Shown here in pieces: positions 19,826-29,026 of a stretch of 64,000 nucleotides of DNA. Position 1 is the stretch's first letter. Every line of letters starts with the position of its first letter. Source of the stretch: an uncultured Gammaproteobacteria bacterium (GTDB lineage Bacteria > Pseudomonadota > Gammaproteobacteria > JAURND01); NCBI GenBank assembly GCA_963813895.1, contig CAWFAS010000004.1:571798-635797 (forward strand), in the 5' to 3' direction. The notes beneath the pieces were generated by a model. That model was not told the DNA's origin. It did no database searches and saw only the letters and a list, made by a program, of their open reading frames with translations. Made by a program: the position numbers and the translations under genes.

Positions 19826-21163
19826 CTAAGAATTGGCGGATTGCGTGGTTTGGGATTTGAGAAGCTCAATTTGTTGCGATGTTAATGGTAAGGTTTGTGG
19901 TGGCGGTGGTGGCAGTGTGTTTGGACTGGTAGCATTAGTGGTCATGGCAAAAGGAGAAGCAACCGTATCAGCTTTCTCATCATGCTTTTGCCCATCCAGA
20001 TAAAAGCCTTCTAAAAACACAATATCCACTACTGTTCCTGCACTGAGCTGAATCACAGGATGATATTGATCGGCACGGCGGATATTGTATTCAGCTAATT
20101 TATCCATCGCATTGCTGACGCCTTGCGCTGCGCCATATTTAAAAACATCGCTGTTGCTGACAGTGGTCACCGCACCATAGGGATTTAAAGCAGTCGATGT
20201 ATATTGCTGAGCAATGCCGCTAGACAATCCTGACAAACTCCCTGCGATAAAAGCACGCTTCAATAGCGCACCTTCACGCCATAATGGAACGCCGCGAACA
20301 CCATTTTTACCTTCTGGCCCAAACACAGTACCCAGCACAGGAAGATCTATGATTTGCCCTGTGGGGCCAACACAGCTTAATCGCTCCAGGCGCATCTGAC
20401 CACGCTCAGAAGAAATATCACCGATAGCAGCCGCAGTGGCTACACAATCTTTTAGATGACTTTTATGGTGATTAGGTAAAGTGCCAGGGTCGATGATGCG
20501 AAATAGTGTTGGTGTAGGATTACTTTGACTAGTTGTGCCAGCGGAAGCATCTGCACCACCGATCATCACTGCACGAACAAAAGTACCAGAAGGTACATAG
20601 GTATCAGGATTTTTAGAAGGAGTAGTAGGCGCTTTGAAACCGAGATTTTGCGGCGTTAATTGCAGAATGTCTTCACTGATGCCTGTGCCATCATTTACCG
20701 GAGATCCATCCCCAGCGCTTGAACCTGGAGCAAACATCGTGCCATCACTATTGCCGGTTTTATTTTTAGTTAATGTTTGTTCTAACTGCTTAACTTGATT
20801 TTGTAAATCTTTGACTTGCTGGTTCTCATTTTGATTGGCTTGTAATTGTTTTTCTTTATCCTGATTCAGCAATTCTAGTTGTTGCTGTAAAGTTTCAGTG
20901 GTTTTCTGCTGTTTTGTTAATGCATTTTGTGTACGCTCAACCCAGATACTGTTCTCATTGACGTGATTTAATGGGCTAGTGAAATCGGTTGAAGTTTCCT
21001 GCTTTTTGGTAGCTGTTGATTTTGAGCTGGAATGCGAGAATAGCAAGGATCCAGCCCAGAACAAAACAATCACAGCAATACCAGCAATCATAAAGTTTCG
21101 TTGTTGTTTCTTTTTGACGGCACTGTTTTTGGTACTAGGATTTTTGGAGTCTGATTTATCCAT
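19826..21163 (-). CDS. traB: Conjugative protein TraB (VirB10-like)
   Basis: N-terminal TM, coiled coil, YVPSGTF, GDISSERG..RLERLSC, HPVIQLSAG. Confidence 0.92.
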   Translation of the reverse strand: MDKSDSKNPSTKNSAVKKKQQRNFMIAGIAVIVLFWAGSLLFSHSSSKSTATKKQETSTDFTSPLNHVNENSIWVERTQNALTKQQKTTETLQQQLELLNQDKEKQLQANQNENQQVKDLQNQVKQLEQTLTKNKTGNSDGTMFAPGSSAGDGSPVNDGTGISEDILQLTPQNLGFKAPTTPSKNPDTYVPSGTFVRAVMIGGADASAGTTSQSNPTPTLFRIIDPGTLPNHHKSHLKDCVATAAAIGDISSERGQMRLERLSCVGPTGQIIDLPVLGTVFGPEGKNGVRGVPLWREGALLKRAFIAGSLSGLSSGIAQQYTSTALNPYGAVTTVSNSDVFKYGAAQGVSNAMDKLAEYNIRRADQYHPVIQLSAGTVVDIVFLEGFYLDGQKHDEKADTVASPFAMTTNATSPNTLPPPPPQTLPLTSQQIELLKSQTTQSANS

Positions 21164-21854
21164 GACGTGTCACCTTGTAGAGTAAAGTTTCACCTTTGGG
21201 TAATAGCTGATCGTTTTGCAAAGCAATGGCTCGATCGCCGGGGCGATAAAACTGCGATTCATTTAATTGCATGGTTTGATGCGACCGATTTGTGATTCGA
21301 TACACTGACCCTTGAAATTGCGCGCCATCAAATACAGCTAAAAGACGAACATTGAATTGTGAATTCCAGCGCTGATTTTTCGCGGAGTTGACAACCGTCA
21401 TGGCATAGTCATCGGAGTCTTTACCATTCACCATTGTGCGAACCAACTGAACCAGTTGCGTTTCAGATGAAGGGCTATTATCCCAAGGTGAGGTTGTGTT
21501 GTTGGTTTGTCTGGGTTGCAATACGAGGATACTTGCAGATCCAACTTTTGGTGTCAGTTGCAACACGTAGTTGTGGTTTTGCTCGGTGCTGATAAACACG
21601 TAAAATGGTTTGTGTTGGTAGCTCTCAGTGGGTTTGATAAATACTGCACCTTGAACAGTGTCGTTTTGATAAGTGTAAGCACCTTCGACACCACGCAAAG
21701 CCCGAATGCGATCATCAGCGACGGCAATACGTGTAGGTTCAGCAGAAGAAATGCTGGCTTTTATTGTGGTGTTATCATTGACTCGAACCGTATAAGCACC
21801 TGCCAGTACCGGCATTATCAAACTCAATAATCCGATAATTAAAAATTTACGCAT
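21156..21854 (-). CDS. traK: Conjugative secretin-like TraK
   Basis: Signal peptide MRKFLIIGLL at an ATG overlapping the traE end; TRIAV.DDRI; upstream extension of the ORF track is spurious. Confidence 0.85.
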   Translation of the reverse strand: MRKFLIIGLLSLIMPVLAGAYTVRVNDNTTIKASISSAEPTRIAVADDRIRALRGVEGAYTYQNDTVQGAVFIKPTESYQHKPFYVFISTEQNHNYVLQLTPKVGSASILVLQPRQTNNTTSPWDNSPSSETQLVQLVRTMVNGKDSDDYAMTVVNSAKNQRWNSQFNVRLLAVFDGAQFQGSVYRITNRSHQTMQLNESQFYRPGDRAIALQNDQLLPKGETLLYKVTRHG

Positions 21855-22416
21855 GCGGTTTATCCTCCAATTCTTGAAACGACTGCAATCGTAATTGCCC
21901 ATTGATATAGCGGTAACGCACTTGGTAAATGACGCGCGCTGCAGGCAGTGGTGCATTACCAATAGTAGAAATGAGATCACCCGTAATGCGCGCATTAAGA
22001 TTTTGAGAATCCACCATAATGTTAGTGGGATAAAAAGCCAAACTTAGATGACTTTTTGTTAAGTGATCTGCTTCTGCCACCAGTTCATTTTTAAATCCAC
22101 CGTAAAAAGAAGCATCGGTATAGCGTAGTAACGTCTCGCGTTGGTATTCAGCACTGGTTGGCGTGACAGTAAGCCGCAATTGCGCTAAAAAAATAGTCAT
22201 TTCGGTCAGATATTCTGGAGATACTTGGCTGTTATCCACCCAAAAAGAGCGTTGAATCACCGGCGGCGTAATCACAATCCGTTCACGGCCAATCAGTCGC
22301 AAAATCATCATCGACAACAAAACACACAGCAGTAATAACCCGACTGACAGCACCAAATAACCATTACGTTTAGCTATCAATTCTTGCAGACGGGATTGTT
22401 GAATCGCAGTTTTCAT
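21847..22416 (-). CDS. traE: Conjugative protein TraE
   Basis: N-terminal TM, VITPP...FWV..S.VSPEYL, LTVTP. Confidence 0.9.
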   Translation of the reverse strand: MKTAIQQSRLQELIAKRNGYLVLSVGLLLLCVLLSMMILRLIGRERIVITPPVIQRSFWVDNSQVSPEYLTEMTIFLAQLRLTVTPTSAEYQRETLLRYTDASFYGGFKNELVAEADHLTKSHLSLAFYPTNIMVDSQNLNARITGDLISTIGNAPLPAARVIYQVRYRYINGQLRLQSFQELEDKPHA

Positions 22417-22419
22417 GAT

Positions 22420-22707
22420 TTAGCCTATGAGTTCGCGTTGATAGGATGGCGGTGTGGCCTTGAATCGAAACCAGGTAGGTAAATACCAATACAACAGGTT
22501 ATAGAGAAAATAATGCCCTTGTTCACCCTTGATTCGTTTTAAACCCCAAAGCAGACCTACACCAACGCACAGGCCAATCAAAGGGCTATCCAGAAAAGCC
22601 ATTCCAATTACAAAAGGTAAAACCAGTAAGATAAATTCATCCACTGTCCATAAAATTAATTTGAAGGGTTCATCTAAATGTTGAGGAATGTGGTAGCGAT
22701 CGTTCAT
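22420..22707 (-). CDS. traL: Conjugative protein TraL
   Basis: YHIPQHLDEP, LYWYLP, TPPSYQRELIG. Confidence 0.9.
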   Translation of the reverse strand: MNDRYHIPQHLDEPFKLILWTVDEFILLVLPFVIGMAFLDSPLIGLCVGVGLLWGLKRIKGEQGHYFLYNLLYWYLPTWFRFKATPPSYQRELIG

Positions 22708-23024
22708 GATGTTTGCCCCGCAATATGCAGGTACACATCGATAAATACAGCCAACGCGACAATACCGGCAAAAACAATCATGTTGCGGGATTTAATAAAC
22801 ATGACAATAGCAAGAATGGCTTCGCCCGTATAAAGATAGACTTTGCCTGTGCCATTAAATGTTGCCCACCAACTCGCATCGGTTCCTTTCAGTAAATCTG
22901 TGCTGTCGGCAAAAGCATTTACATAGCAGCCAAAAAACAAACCCAAAGCCAGCAATACTTTAAAAACAATTTGCAAACGAGGGTCTGCCAGGCTGTACCA
23001 AAGTGATTGACATAACGATTTCAT
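22704..23024 (-). CDS. traA: F-type pilin TraA
   Basis: Leader ending AFA, DLLKG...ATF, two hydrophobic helices separated by IKSRN; directly upstream of traL. Confidence 0.75.
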   Translation of the reverse strand: MKSLCQSLWYSLADPRLQIVFKVLLALGLFFGCYVNAFADSTDLLKGTDASWWATFNGTGKVYLYTGEAILAIVMFIKSRNMIVFAGIVALAVFIDVYLHIAGQTS

Positions 23025-23076
23025 AATGATGTCCTCGAAAAATGGTAAATAAATCAGTTAGAGTTAATGTCATAAA

Positions 23077-23454
23077 TTAATAAGAATCGTCTTCATCTTC
23101 TTCAAAAGATTCAGCTTCTTCAGCAGAGATAGATTTGGCCGCCGGCTTGCCATAATGCTTTGGATGTAGTCGTTCCAATCTCCAGGCAGCAGCTTTCCAA
23201 TGTTTGGCAGTGGCTTGATTGATTCTGAGCAGAAGAGAGATTACTAACTCAGCGTTAGCTTTTTCGATTTGTTGCCAAAACAAATAAAGTGTTCCGCCCT
23301 CTGGTTCAAACTTACTCTTTTGGATCCAGCGCTTTAAAGTGCGACGACTGATACCGGCATATTGCGCAGCATGTTCCAGCGATGCACCGATGCGTAAAGC
23401 CTCACAAATACGTGTCTTGATGGTTTCTGTGGGTTCAATGGTAGGTCTAACCAT
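23077..23454 (-). CDS. Terminase-small-subunit-like HTH protein
   Basis: ICEALRIG..EHAAQYAGISRRTLKRW HTH and WKAAAWRLERLHPKHYG tail typical of phage TerS-like proteins. Confidence 0.62.
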   Translation of the reverse strand: MVRPTIEPTETIKTRICEALRIGASLEHAAQYAGISRRTLKRWIQKSKFEPEGGTLYLFWQQIEKANAELVISLLLRINQATAKHWKAAAWRLERLHPKHYGKPAAKSISAEEAESFEEDEDDSY

Positions 23455-23569
23455 AAAAATATTTCTCGATAATGCGCAATCAGCATTGTCTGGATAAAAT
23501 AAAGAGCATGAGTACAAACGAATTTTTTTAAAGATGGGGCAAAACGGGCAAAACTCCTAAACGGAATTT

Positions 23570-24823
23570 TTAATGCGATGCTGATTGGCGTTTAAATTCT
23601 ACTTCTGCAATGCTACATCCATCAGCAACCAAGGTAGCAGTGCCTTGCGTTTGAAGCTGCCAACGGCGAATAATCACATCGACGTAACGCGGCTGAATTT
23701 CCATAACAAAAGCATTGCGCTGGTTGTAGTGACAAGCCATTAACGTCGAACCAGAACCGCCAAACAGATCCATCACCCGATCACCCGGTAGACTGCTGTT
23801 ATGCAACGCTTGTTCAATCAGGGCAATGGGTTTCATAGTGGGATGTAAATCGCTATTCACTGGGCGATCGAAACACCATAATGTGCTTTGACGGTTATCA
23901 CCATACCAAGTATCTGTTTGACCGGTACGATGGCAATAGAGAATCGGTTCATGCTGGGTTTTATAACGGCCAAAATTCAACACGAAGTGCTGTTTAGCCC
24001 AGATTAAAACATTTCGGACGGAATAATCCGCTGCTACTAACACGGCTTGCAATGCTGGTAAATGTTGATCCGCATGACATAAATAAAGAGAAGCTTCTGG
24101 CTCAGCATGCATAGCCATTTGACATAGTGCATTTTCTAGGAGTTGATAATAGGCATCTGATGGCAGGTCATCATTATATACATCACGCCTGCCTCCCTTA
24201 CGTCTTGCTTTGGGCCCGCCTTGATAACTAACATTGTATGGTGGGTCGGTAAAAATCAGGTCGGCTTTTTGCCCATCCATAAGCTGTTGAACCTGCTCAG
24301 GATTAGTTGCATCACCGCACATCAACCGGTGAGACCCCAAAAGCCAAATATCTCCCAATTGACTGATTACCTTTTTATCGGCAGGATTGATACTATCGGG
24401 ATCAAGGGATATTTCATCAGTCGAACCCAGTAGCTGTGTGAGTTCAGATTCGCGGAAACCAGTCAGAGATAGGTCTATATCCAACTCTTGCAAAGCCGCC
24501 AATTCTTCGCTTAAGCCTTTGGTGTCCCATCGTGATTCATCGGACAGGCGGTTGTCTGCTAAGCGGTAACTGCGGACTTGTGCATCTGTTAGATTGGTAG
24601 CACACAATACCGGGACTTGTGCCATCTTAAGCTTTTGAGCAGCCTGCCAGCGAGCATGACCCACGATAATTATGTTATCTTTATCAACGACGATGGGCTG
24701 TTGCCAACCATAGGTAGACAAGCTTTTAGTGAGTTTTTCGACGGTAGTAGTATTTTTACGTGGGTTGTTCTCATAAGGACGGATTTGGTCTGGGGATATC
24801 CAATTAATCTGCATAAGATTCAT
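23570..24823 (-). CDS. ParB-N domain fused to N4/N6 DNA methyltransferase (phage type)
   Basis: PYENNPRKN/GWQQPIVVD/GHAR ParB domain; TDPPY, HPTMKP, DLFGGSGST. Confidence 0.9.
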   Translation of the reverse strand: MNLMQINWISPDQIRPYENNPRKNTTTVEKLTKSLSTYGWQQPIVVDKDNIIIVGHARWQAAQKLKMAQVPVLCATNLTDAQVRSYRLADNRLSDESRWDTKGLSEELAALQELDIDLSLTGFRESELTQLLGSTDEISLDPDSINPADKKVISQLGDIWLLGSHRLMCGDATNPEQVQQLMDGQKADLIFTDPPYNVSYQGGPKARRKGGRRDVYNDDLPSDAYYQLLENALCQMAMHAEPEASLYLCHADQHLPALQAVLVAADYSVRNVLIWAKQHFVLNFGRYKTQHEPILYCHRTGQTDTWYGDNRQSTLWCFDRPVNSDLHPTMKPIALIEQALHNSSLPGDRVMDLFGGSGSTLMACHYNQRNAFVMEIQPRYVDVIIRRWQLQTQGTATLVADGCSIAEVEFKRQSASH

Positions 24824-24842
24824 CTCTACAAATTGCAGGCAT

Positions 24843-24876
24843 AAAAAAACCCACAAAGCCGAAGGCCAAGTGGGTT
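24843..24876 (-). terminator. Intrinsic terminator 2 in the backbone-operon leader
   Basis: Minus strand AACCCAC...cTTCGg...GTGGGTT followed by a T run. Confidence 0.75.
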
Positions 24877-24893
24877 CAGGGAGTTTTAGACAT

Positions 24894-24917
24894 AAAAAAA
24901 CCTGCATCCGCAGGTTT
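24894..24917 (-). terminator. Intrinsic terminator 1 in the backbone-operon leader
   Basis: Minus strand AAACCTGC-GGAT-GCAGGTTT followed by a T run. Confidence 0.8.
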
Positions 24918-24933
24918 CAGTTACAACTATGTC

Positions 24934-24974
24934 ACGATAGAGAATTTATAGCACCTTTGGTTTTACAAAGTCAA
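24934..24974 (-). promoter_or_regulatory. Sigma70 promoter (pR'-like) with a downstream -10-like element
   Basis: TTGACT (24974-24969), 18 bp, TATAAA (24950-24945), then TATCGT (24939-24934). Confidence 0.65.
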
Positions 24975-25029
24975 GAAAAAATTTTACTTTATTTTAAAAA
25001 AGAAAATACATGAGAAAAATCATGTCTGT

Positions 25030-25488
25030 ATGATTAGTCATTGCTCTCCCATTGCAGAGGAATTTTTTATGATGCTACCTATTTTCGCAGGAAATGCAGA
25101 AGATCGGGACTTTCTTGAGAATAAAATTGTTGAATTTAACCAACTAAAAATTCCTTTTACACAAGAGGAAAATTTTATCCACTTGGATTATGTCATAAAA
25201 GATGAAGATATCACTGTAGGCGGTATTACAGCTACTGTATATTGTTGGAAATGCTTGTATGTAAATGTCCTTTGGATTAATGAACAATACCGCAACCAGG
25301 GATTAGGCATAAAATTGCTGAGCAAAGTAGAGGAAGAAGCTAAAAAATTGGGTTGTCATTTATCACACTTGGACACTTTCGATTTTCAAGCTAAAGATTT
25401 CTATTTAAAAAATGGATATACCATCTTTGGTGTGTTAAATGATTGTCCAATAGGACATTCGCGATTTTACTTAAGTAAAAAACTATAG
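25030..25488 (+). CDS. GNAT acetyltransferase
   Basis: LYVNVLWI..QYRNQGLG, LDTFDFQA..FY.KNGY; start may be slightly downstream. Confidence 0.88.
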   Translation: MISHCSPIAEEFFMMLPIFAGNAEDRDFLENKIVEFNQLKIPFTQEENFIHLDYVIKDEDITVGGITATVYCWKCLYVNVLWINEQYRNQGLGIKLLSKVEEEAKKLGCHLSHLDTFDFQAKDFYLKNGYTIFGVLNDCPIGHSRFYLSKKL

Positions 25489-25538
25489 AAATCGTCCAAA
25501 TTATCTTATTTTTAAATTTCCTATAATCTGGAGTATTT

Positions 25539-26084
25539 ATGAAAGCACATTGCGCCGTATTCATTGCCACTAGCTTGGATGGTTTTATTGCTCGCGAAGA
25601 TGGGCGAATTGACTGGTTGGATCAAGCCAATTTAGCAGTTCCAGCTGGAGAAGATTGTGGCTTTGCTGAATTTATGGCAACCATTGATGTGCTGGTAATG
25701 GGAAGAAATACTTTTGAGCAGGTTCTCTCGTTTGGGCAGTGGCCTTATGGAAAAACGTCAGTGATTGTCATGAGCCATTCACTACAATCATTGCCGTTGA
25801 TTTCGCCCGCAACAGTTTCATTATCGGCTGAAGATCCCGAAAAATTAGTGGAAAAGCTTAGCAAACAGGGAGTCAAACGAATTTATGTGGATGGCGGATT
25901 TACTATTCAAAGTTTTTTGGCAAAAAACCTCATTGATGAAATTACCATCACAACAGTACCTATTGTACTCGGTTCGGGTAAGCCATTGTTTGGTGATTTA
26001 ATGCAGGACATCCATCTGAGACTAATAGAAAGCAAATCTTATAATTTTGGTTTTGTACAGAGTAAATACCAAGTTATTTTTTAA
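25539..26084 (+). CDS. Dihydrofolate reductase-like / RibD C-terminal domain protein
   Basis: FIATSLDGFIA, VMGRNTF, IYVDGG, LIDEI, LGSGKPLF. Confidence 0.88.
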   Translation: MKAHCAVFIATSLDGFIAREDGRIDWLDQANLAVPAGEDCGFAEFMATIDVLVMGRNTFEQVLSFGQWPYGKTSVIVMSHSLQSLPLISPATVSLSAEDPEKLVEKLSKQGVKRIYVDGGFTIQSFLAKNLIDEITITTVPIVLGSGKPLFGDLMQDIHLRLIESKSYNFGFVQSKYQVIF

Positions 26085-26163
26085 TCGAGTACTTTAGGTG
26101 ATCATTTTTGCAAACTACAATACATATTCCAAATATAAATAAATTTCTGAGTTAGAGTTACCG

Positions 26164-27063
26164 ATGGCTAATCACGATAAAATTTCTATTGATATCCCAC
26201 AAGTACAGGCGCTTATTGCTGAACAGTTTCCAGAATGGGCTAATTTAGAAATTAAACCGGTCGCATCTGGCGGATGGGATAATAAAACATTTCATCTAGG
26301 TCGATACATGACAATTCGACTGCCAACTCACGCCCAATATTCCGATCAGGTGAAGAAAGAACAATATTGGCTGCCAAAATTAGCACCGAAATTACCTTTA
26401 CCTATCGCTACCCCACTTAAAATGGGTAACCCTGGAGCGGGATATCCTTTTTGTTGGTCTATTTATAAATGGCTGGATGGCGATACTGCATCGATTGAAC
26501 GTATCATTAATTTGAATCAATTCGCTAAAGACTTAGCTGAATTCTTAAGCGCATTACAGCACTGTGATATTACCGACGGCCCTTTGCCAGGAGAGCATAA
26601 CTTTTATCGTGGCGGTAATCTTGTAATTTATGATTCTGAAACTAGGGGGGCCATAAAAAATTTAGATGATAAAAATTATAGAGAAGCCGTGACAGAGGTT
26701 TGGAATCTGGCGCTTGCATCCACTTGGCAACTTCCTCCCGTTTGGATTCATGGGGATATCGCTGTTGGCAATTTATTAGTGAATAATGGACAATTATGTG
26801 CTGTCATTGATTTTGGCCAACTAGGCATGGGTGATCCAGCCTGTGATTTGGTCGTTGCTTGGACTTTATTTACAGCCAAAAATCGCGATACTTTCCGCAC
26901 TGTACTCAATCTTGATAAAGAGACTTGGGCGCGCGGACGTGGTTGGGCACTGTGGAAGGCTTTATGCTGGGCATTTCCAGGCGAAAAACGTGTCGATTGG
27001 CGCGTTATTGATGAAATACTTGCAGATCATCGAATGAACAAAATGGCATCCTCTAGTAAGTAG
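26164..27063 (+). CDS. Aminoglycoside phosphotransferase family protein
   Basis: SGGWDN, WIHGDIAVGN, VIDFG..GDPACDL, RGRGWAL. Confidence 0.9.
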   Translation: MANHDKISIDIPQVQALIAEQFPEWANLEIKPVASGGWDNKTFHLGRYMTIRLPTHAQYSDQVKKEQYWLPKLAPKLPLPIATPLKMGNPGAGYPFCWSIYKWLDGDTASIERIINLNQFAKDLAEFLSALQHCDITDGPLPGEHNFYRGGNLVIYDSETRGAIKNLDDKNYREAVTEVWNLALASTWQLPPVWIHGDIAVGNLLVNNGQLCAVIDFGQLGMGDPACDLVVAWTLFTAKNRDTFRTVLNLDKETWARGRGWALWKALCWAFPGEKRVDWRVIDEILADHRMNKMASSSK

Positions 27064-27072
27064 ACAACAACA

Positions 27073-27612
27073 ATGAAATTAGATATTCAAATTACAATAG
27101 CTGCAATGGCAGATTACCCGGTGATTCAAAACATGGCGAGGTTTTATGCTTATGAACTTTCTCGTTCATGTGGATTCTTGTCGGAAGATTGGACAATGCC
27201 CGAAGATGGATTATATACGTGCTTTGATCTAAAGCCTTATTTTGAAGAGGATTCGCGTCGTGCATATTTGGTTCGGGTCAATAGCGAATTAGCTGGCTTT
27301 GTATTACTCAACAAAATCGTATTTGATAAGCATAGCAATTGGAATATGGGAGAATTTTTTATTTTGGCTAAGTTTCAAGGCAAAGGTGTAGGCAGTTATG
27401 TGGCACAAACCATATGGGATCAAAATCCCGGCATTTGGGAAGTTCCTGTGATCCCGGAAAATCAATCAGCATCAAAATTTTGGCATAAGACAATCAGTCA
27501 TTATATGCAAAACCAATATCAAGCTGACACAAAATTGGCTCGACCCGGTCAGCACCAACCCTATCGCATTATTTTTACTTTTGATACGCAATTAAGGAGG
27601 CAAAACAAATGA
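27073..27612 (+). CDS. GNAT acetyltransferase
   Basis: GEFFILAKFQGKGVG, N.SA.KFW. Confidence 0.85.
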   Translation: MKLDIQITIAAMADYPVIQNMARFYAYELSRSCGFLSEDWTMPEDGLYTCFDLKPYFEEDSRRAYLVRVNSELAGFVLLNKIVFDKHSNWNMGEFFILAKFQGKGVGSYVAQTIWDQNPGIWEVPVIPENQSASKFWHKTISHYMQNQYQADTKLARPGQHQPYRIIFTFDTQLRRQNK

Positions 27613-28298
27613 ACTCAGTTGATTGTGTCGAGATCGTTTCAATCGTTGACCCCAAAGTGTTAGCTATTCCTGTGCAGGAATGTGGCGAAGGCATGGTGGA
27701 TTTAACACAGCAAGAAGCCCTTATGTTTGGCGAATCTCCTGAAATACCTAATAATCAGGATTATACTAAAATTCGCGTCACGGTTTATGAAAAGTTGTTA
27801 GTAGCACAACAACTCTTGCCTACCCATCTGAAATTTTGCTTGTACGAAGGCTATAGAAGTTTGCAATTACAAGAACAATTATTTAATCAACGCTATCAAA
27901 TATTAAAGCAAAAATACCCGGACTGGGAGCATCAACATCTTTTCCAAGAAACAATAAAGATGGTTTCTCCCACCATTAATTTAGATGGCTCTGCAAATAT
28001 ACCGCCTCACGCCACTGGAGCAGCTATCGACATTTATCTAGTCGATACCAATAGCGAAGTGGTTGAGATGGGTATTCGTACTGCAGATTGGATGCAAGAT
28101 TATGACGGTTCATTATCACAAACTGATTCTGCAATTATATCCGATACTGCAAAACATCATCGCTCCATCATGAGTCATGCGCTTTCATCTGTCGGTTTTG
28201 CCAATTGCCCAACGGAATATTGGCATTGGTCGTATGGTGACCGCTACTGGGCGCATCAGTTTAAGATGCCTTGCGCTTTATACGGAATTGTTTTATGA
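27609..28298 (+). CDS. M15 family D-Ala-D-Ala dipeptidase (VanX-like)
   Basis: EGYRS, PPHATGAAIDI, EYWHWSYGD. Confidence 0.85.
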   Translation: MNSVDCVEIVSIVDPKVLAIPVQECGEGMVDLTQQEALMFGESPEIPNNQDYTKIRVTVYEKLLVAQQLLPTHLKFCLYEGYRSLQLQEQLFNQRYQILKQKYPDWEHQHLFQETIKMVSPTINLDGSANIPPHATGAAIDIYLVDTNSEVVEMGIRTADWMQDYDGSLSQTDSAIISDTAKHHRSIMSHALSSVGFANCPTEYWHWSYGDRYWAHQFKMPCALYGIVL

Positions 28299-28375
28299 CT
28301 TACATTACGCGCGCATAAGCACAAATAGTTTTATTTTTATAGAAATATTAACTAAGATTCACCCCTTAAAGGAAA

Positions 28376-28789
28376 ATGCCCATGCACGAAAATGAAAAAA
28401 TCATTAGAAGATACTTTGATGAAGCTTGGAATCAGGGAAAGCTGGAAGTGCTAGATGAAGTCATCGACCCTAATTATATAAATCATAGCCCTGGGCTGCC
28501 TAACCCTTTACCAGGACCTAATGGATTGAAGCCTATTATTGCAGCTATTCGCACTGGCTTCCCTGATTTGCATTTCCAGATAGATGATCTCATTATTGCA
28601 GAAAATAAAGTCGCTGTTAGATGCACTATGCAAGGCACACATTTAGGTGATTTATTTGGTATACCGCCTACAGGTAAAAAAGTGAAGGTTAACCAAATGC
28701 AAATAGAATATATAAAAAATGGAAAAATATTCGAGCACTGGCGGCAATCAGACGATATGGGCATGATGAAACAGTTGGGGCAAATTTAG
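28376..28789 (+). CDS. SnoaL-like ester cyclase
   Basis: FPDLHF, GTHLG.LFGIPPTGKKV. Confidence 0.88.
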   Translation: MPMHENEKIIRRYFDEAWNQGKLEVLDEVIDPNYINHSPGLPNPLPGPNGLKPIIAAIRTGFPDLHFQIDDLIIAENKVAVRCTMQGTHLGDLFGIPPTGKKVKVNQMQIEYIKNGKIFEHWRQSDDMGMMKQLGQI

Positions 28790-28803
28790 TTTGATTTTGT
28801 TAT

Positions 28804-28977
28804 TTATTCAAGAATCAGAGATTGCAAATTGTCTTCCGTATAAAAAATATTTTGGAGTTTAAAACTAGGAAACTGTGGGTACAGTATTAAAACATCAACC
28901 TGTTCATTAGCAACGACCAATGATTCACTGGTCTTAGTATCAACGCCAGTAGTGATCCTACGCATTGGTTTTAACAT
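28804..28977 (-). pseudogene. Possible cupin N-terminal remnant (57 aa)
   Basis: GGAGGTG RBS; MLKPMRRITTGVD resembles the RRVVTGHD start of cupin proteins; ends early. Confidence 0.35.
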
Positions 28978-29026
28978 GAAGCACCTCCATTGTTGTGATT
29001 TTTTTGACTAATTTTTTGCTAACCTT

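Noticed and set aside
24824-24907. N-terminal extension of the methylase in the ORF track (similarly 21855-21995 for TraK and 38227-38367 for Q)
   Set aside because: Overlaps terminators or upstream genes; downstream starts have better RBS or coupling.
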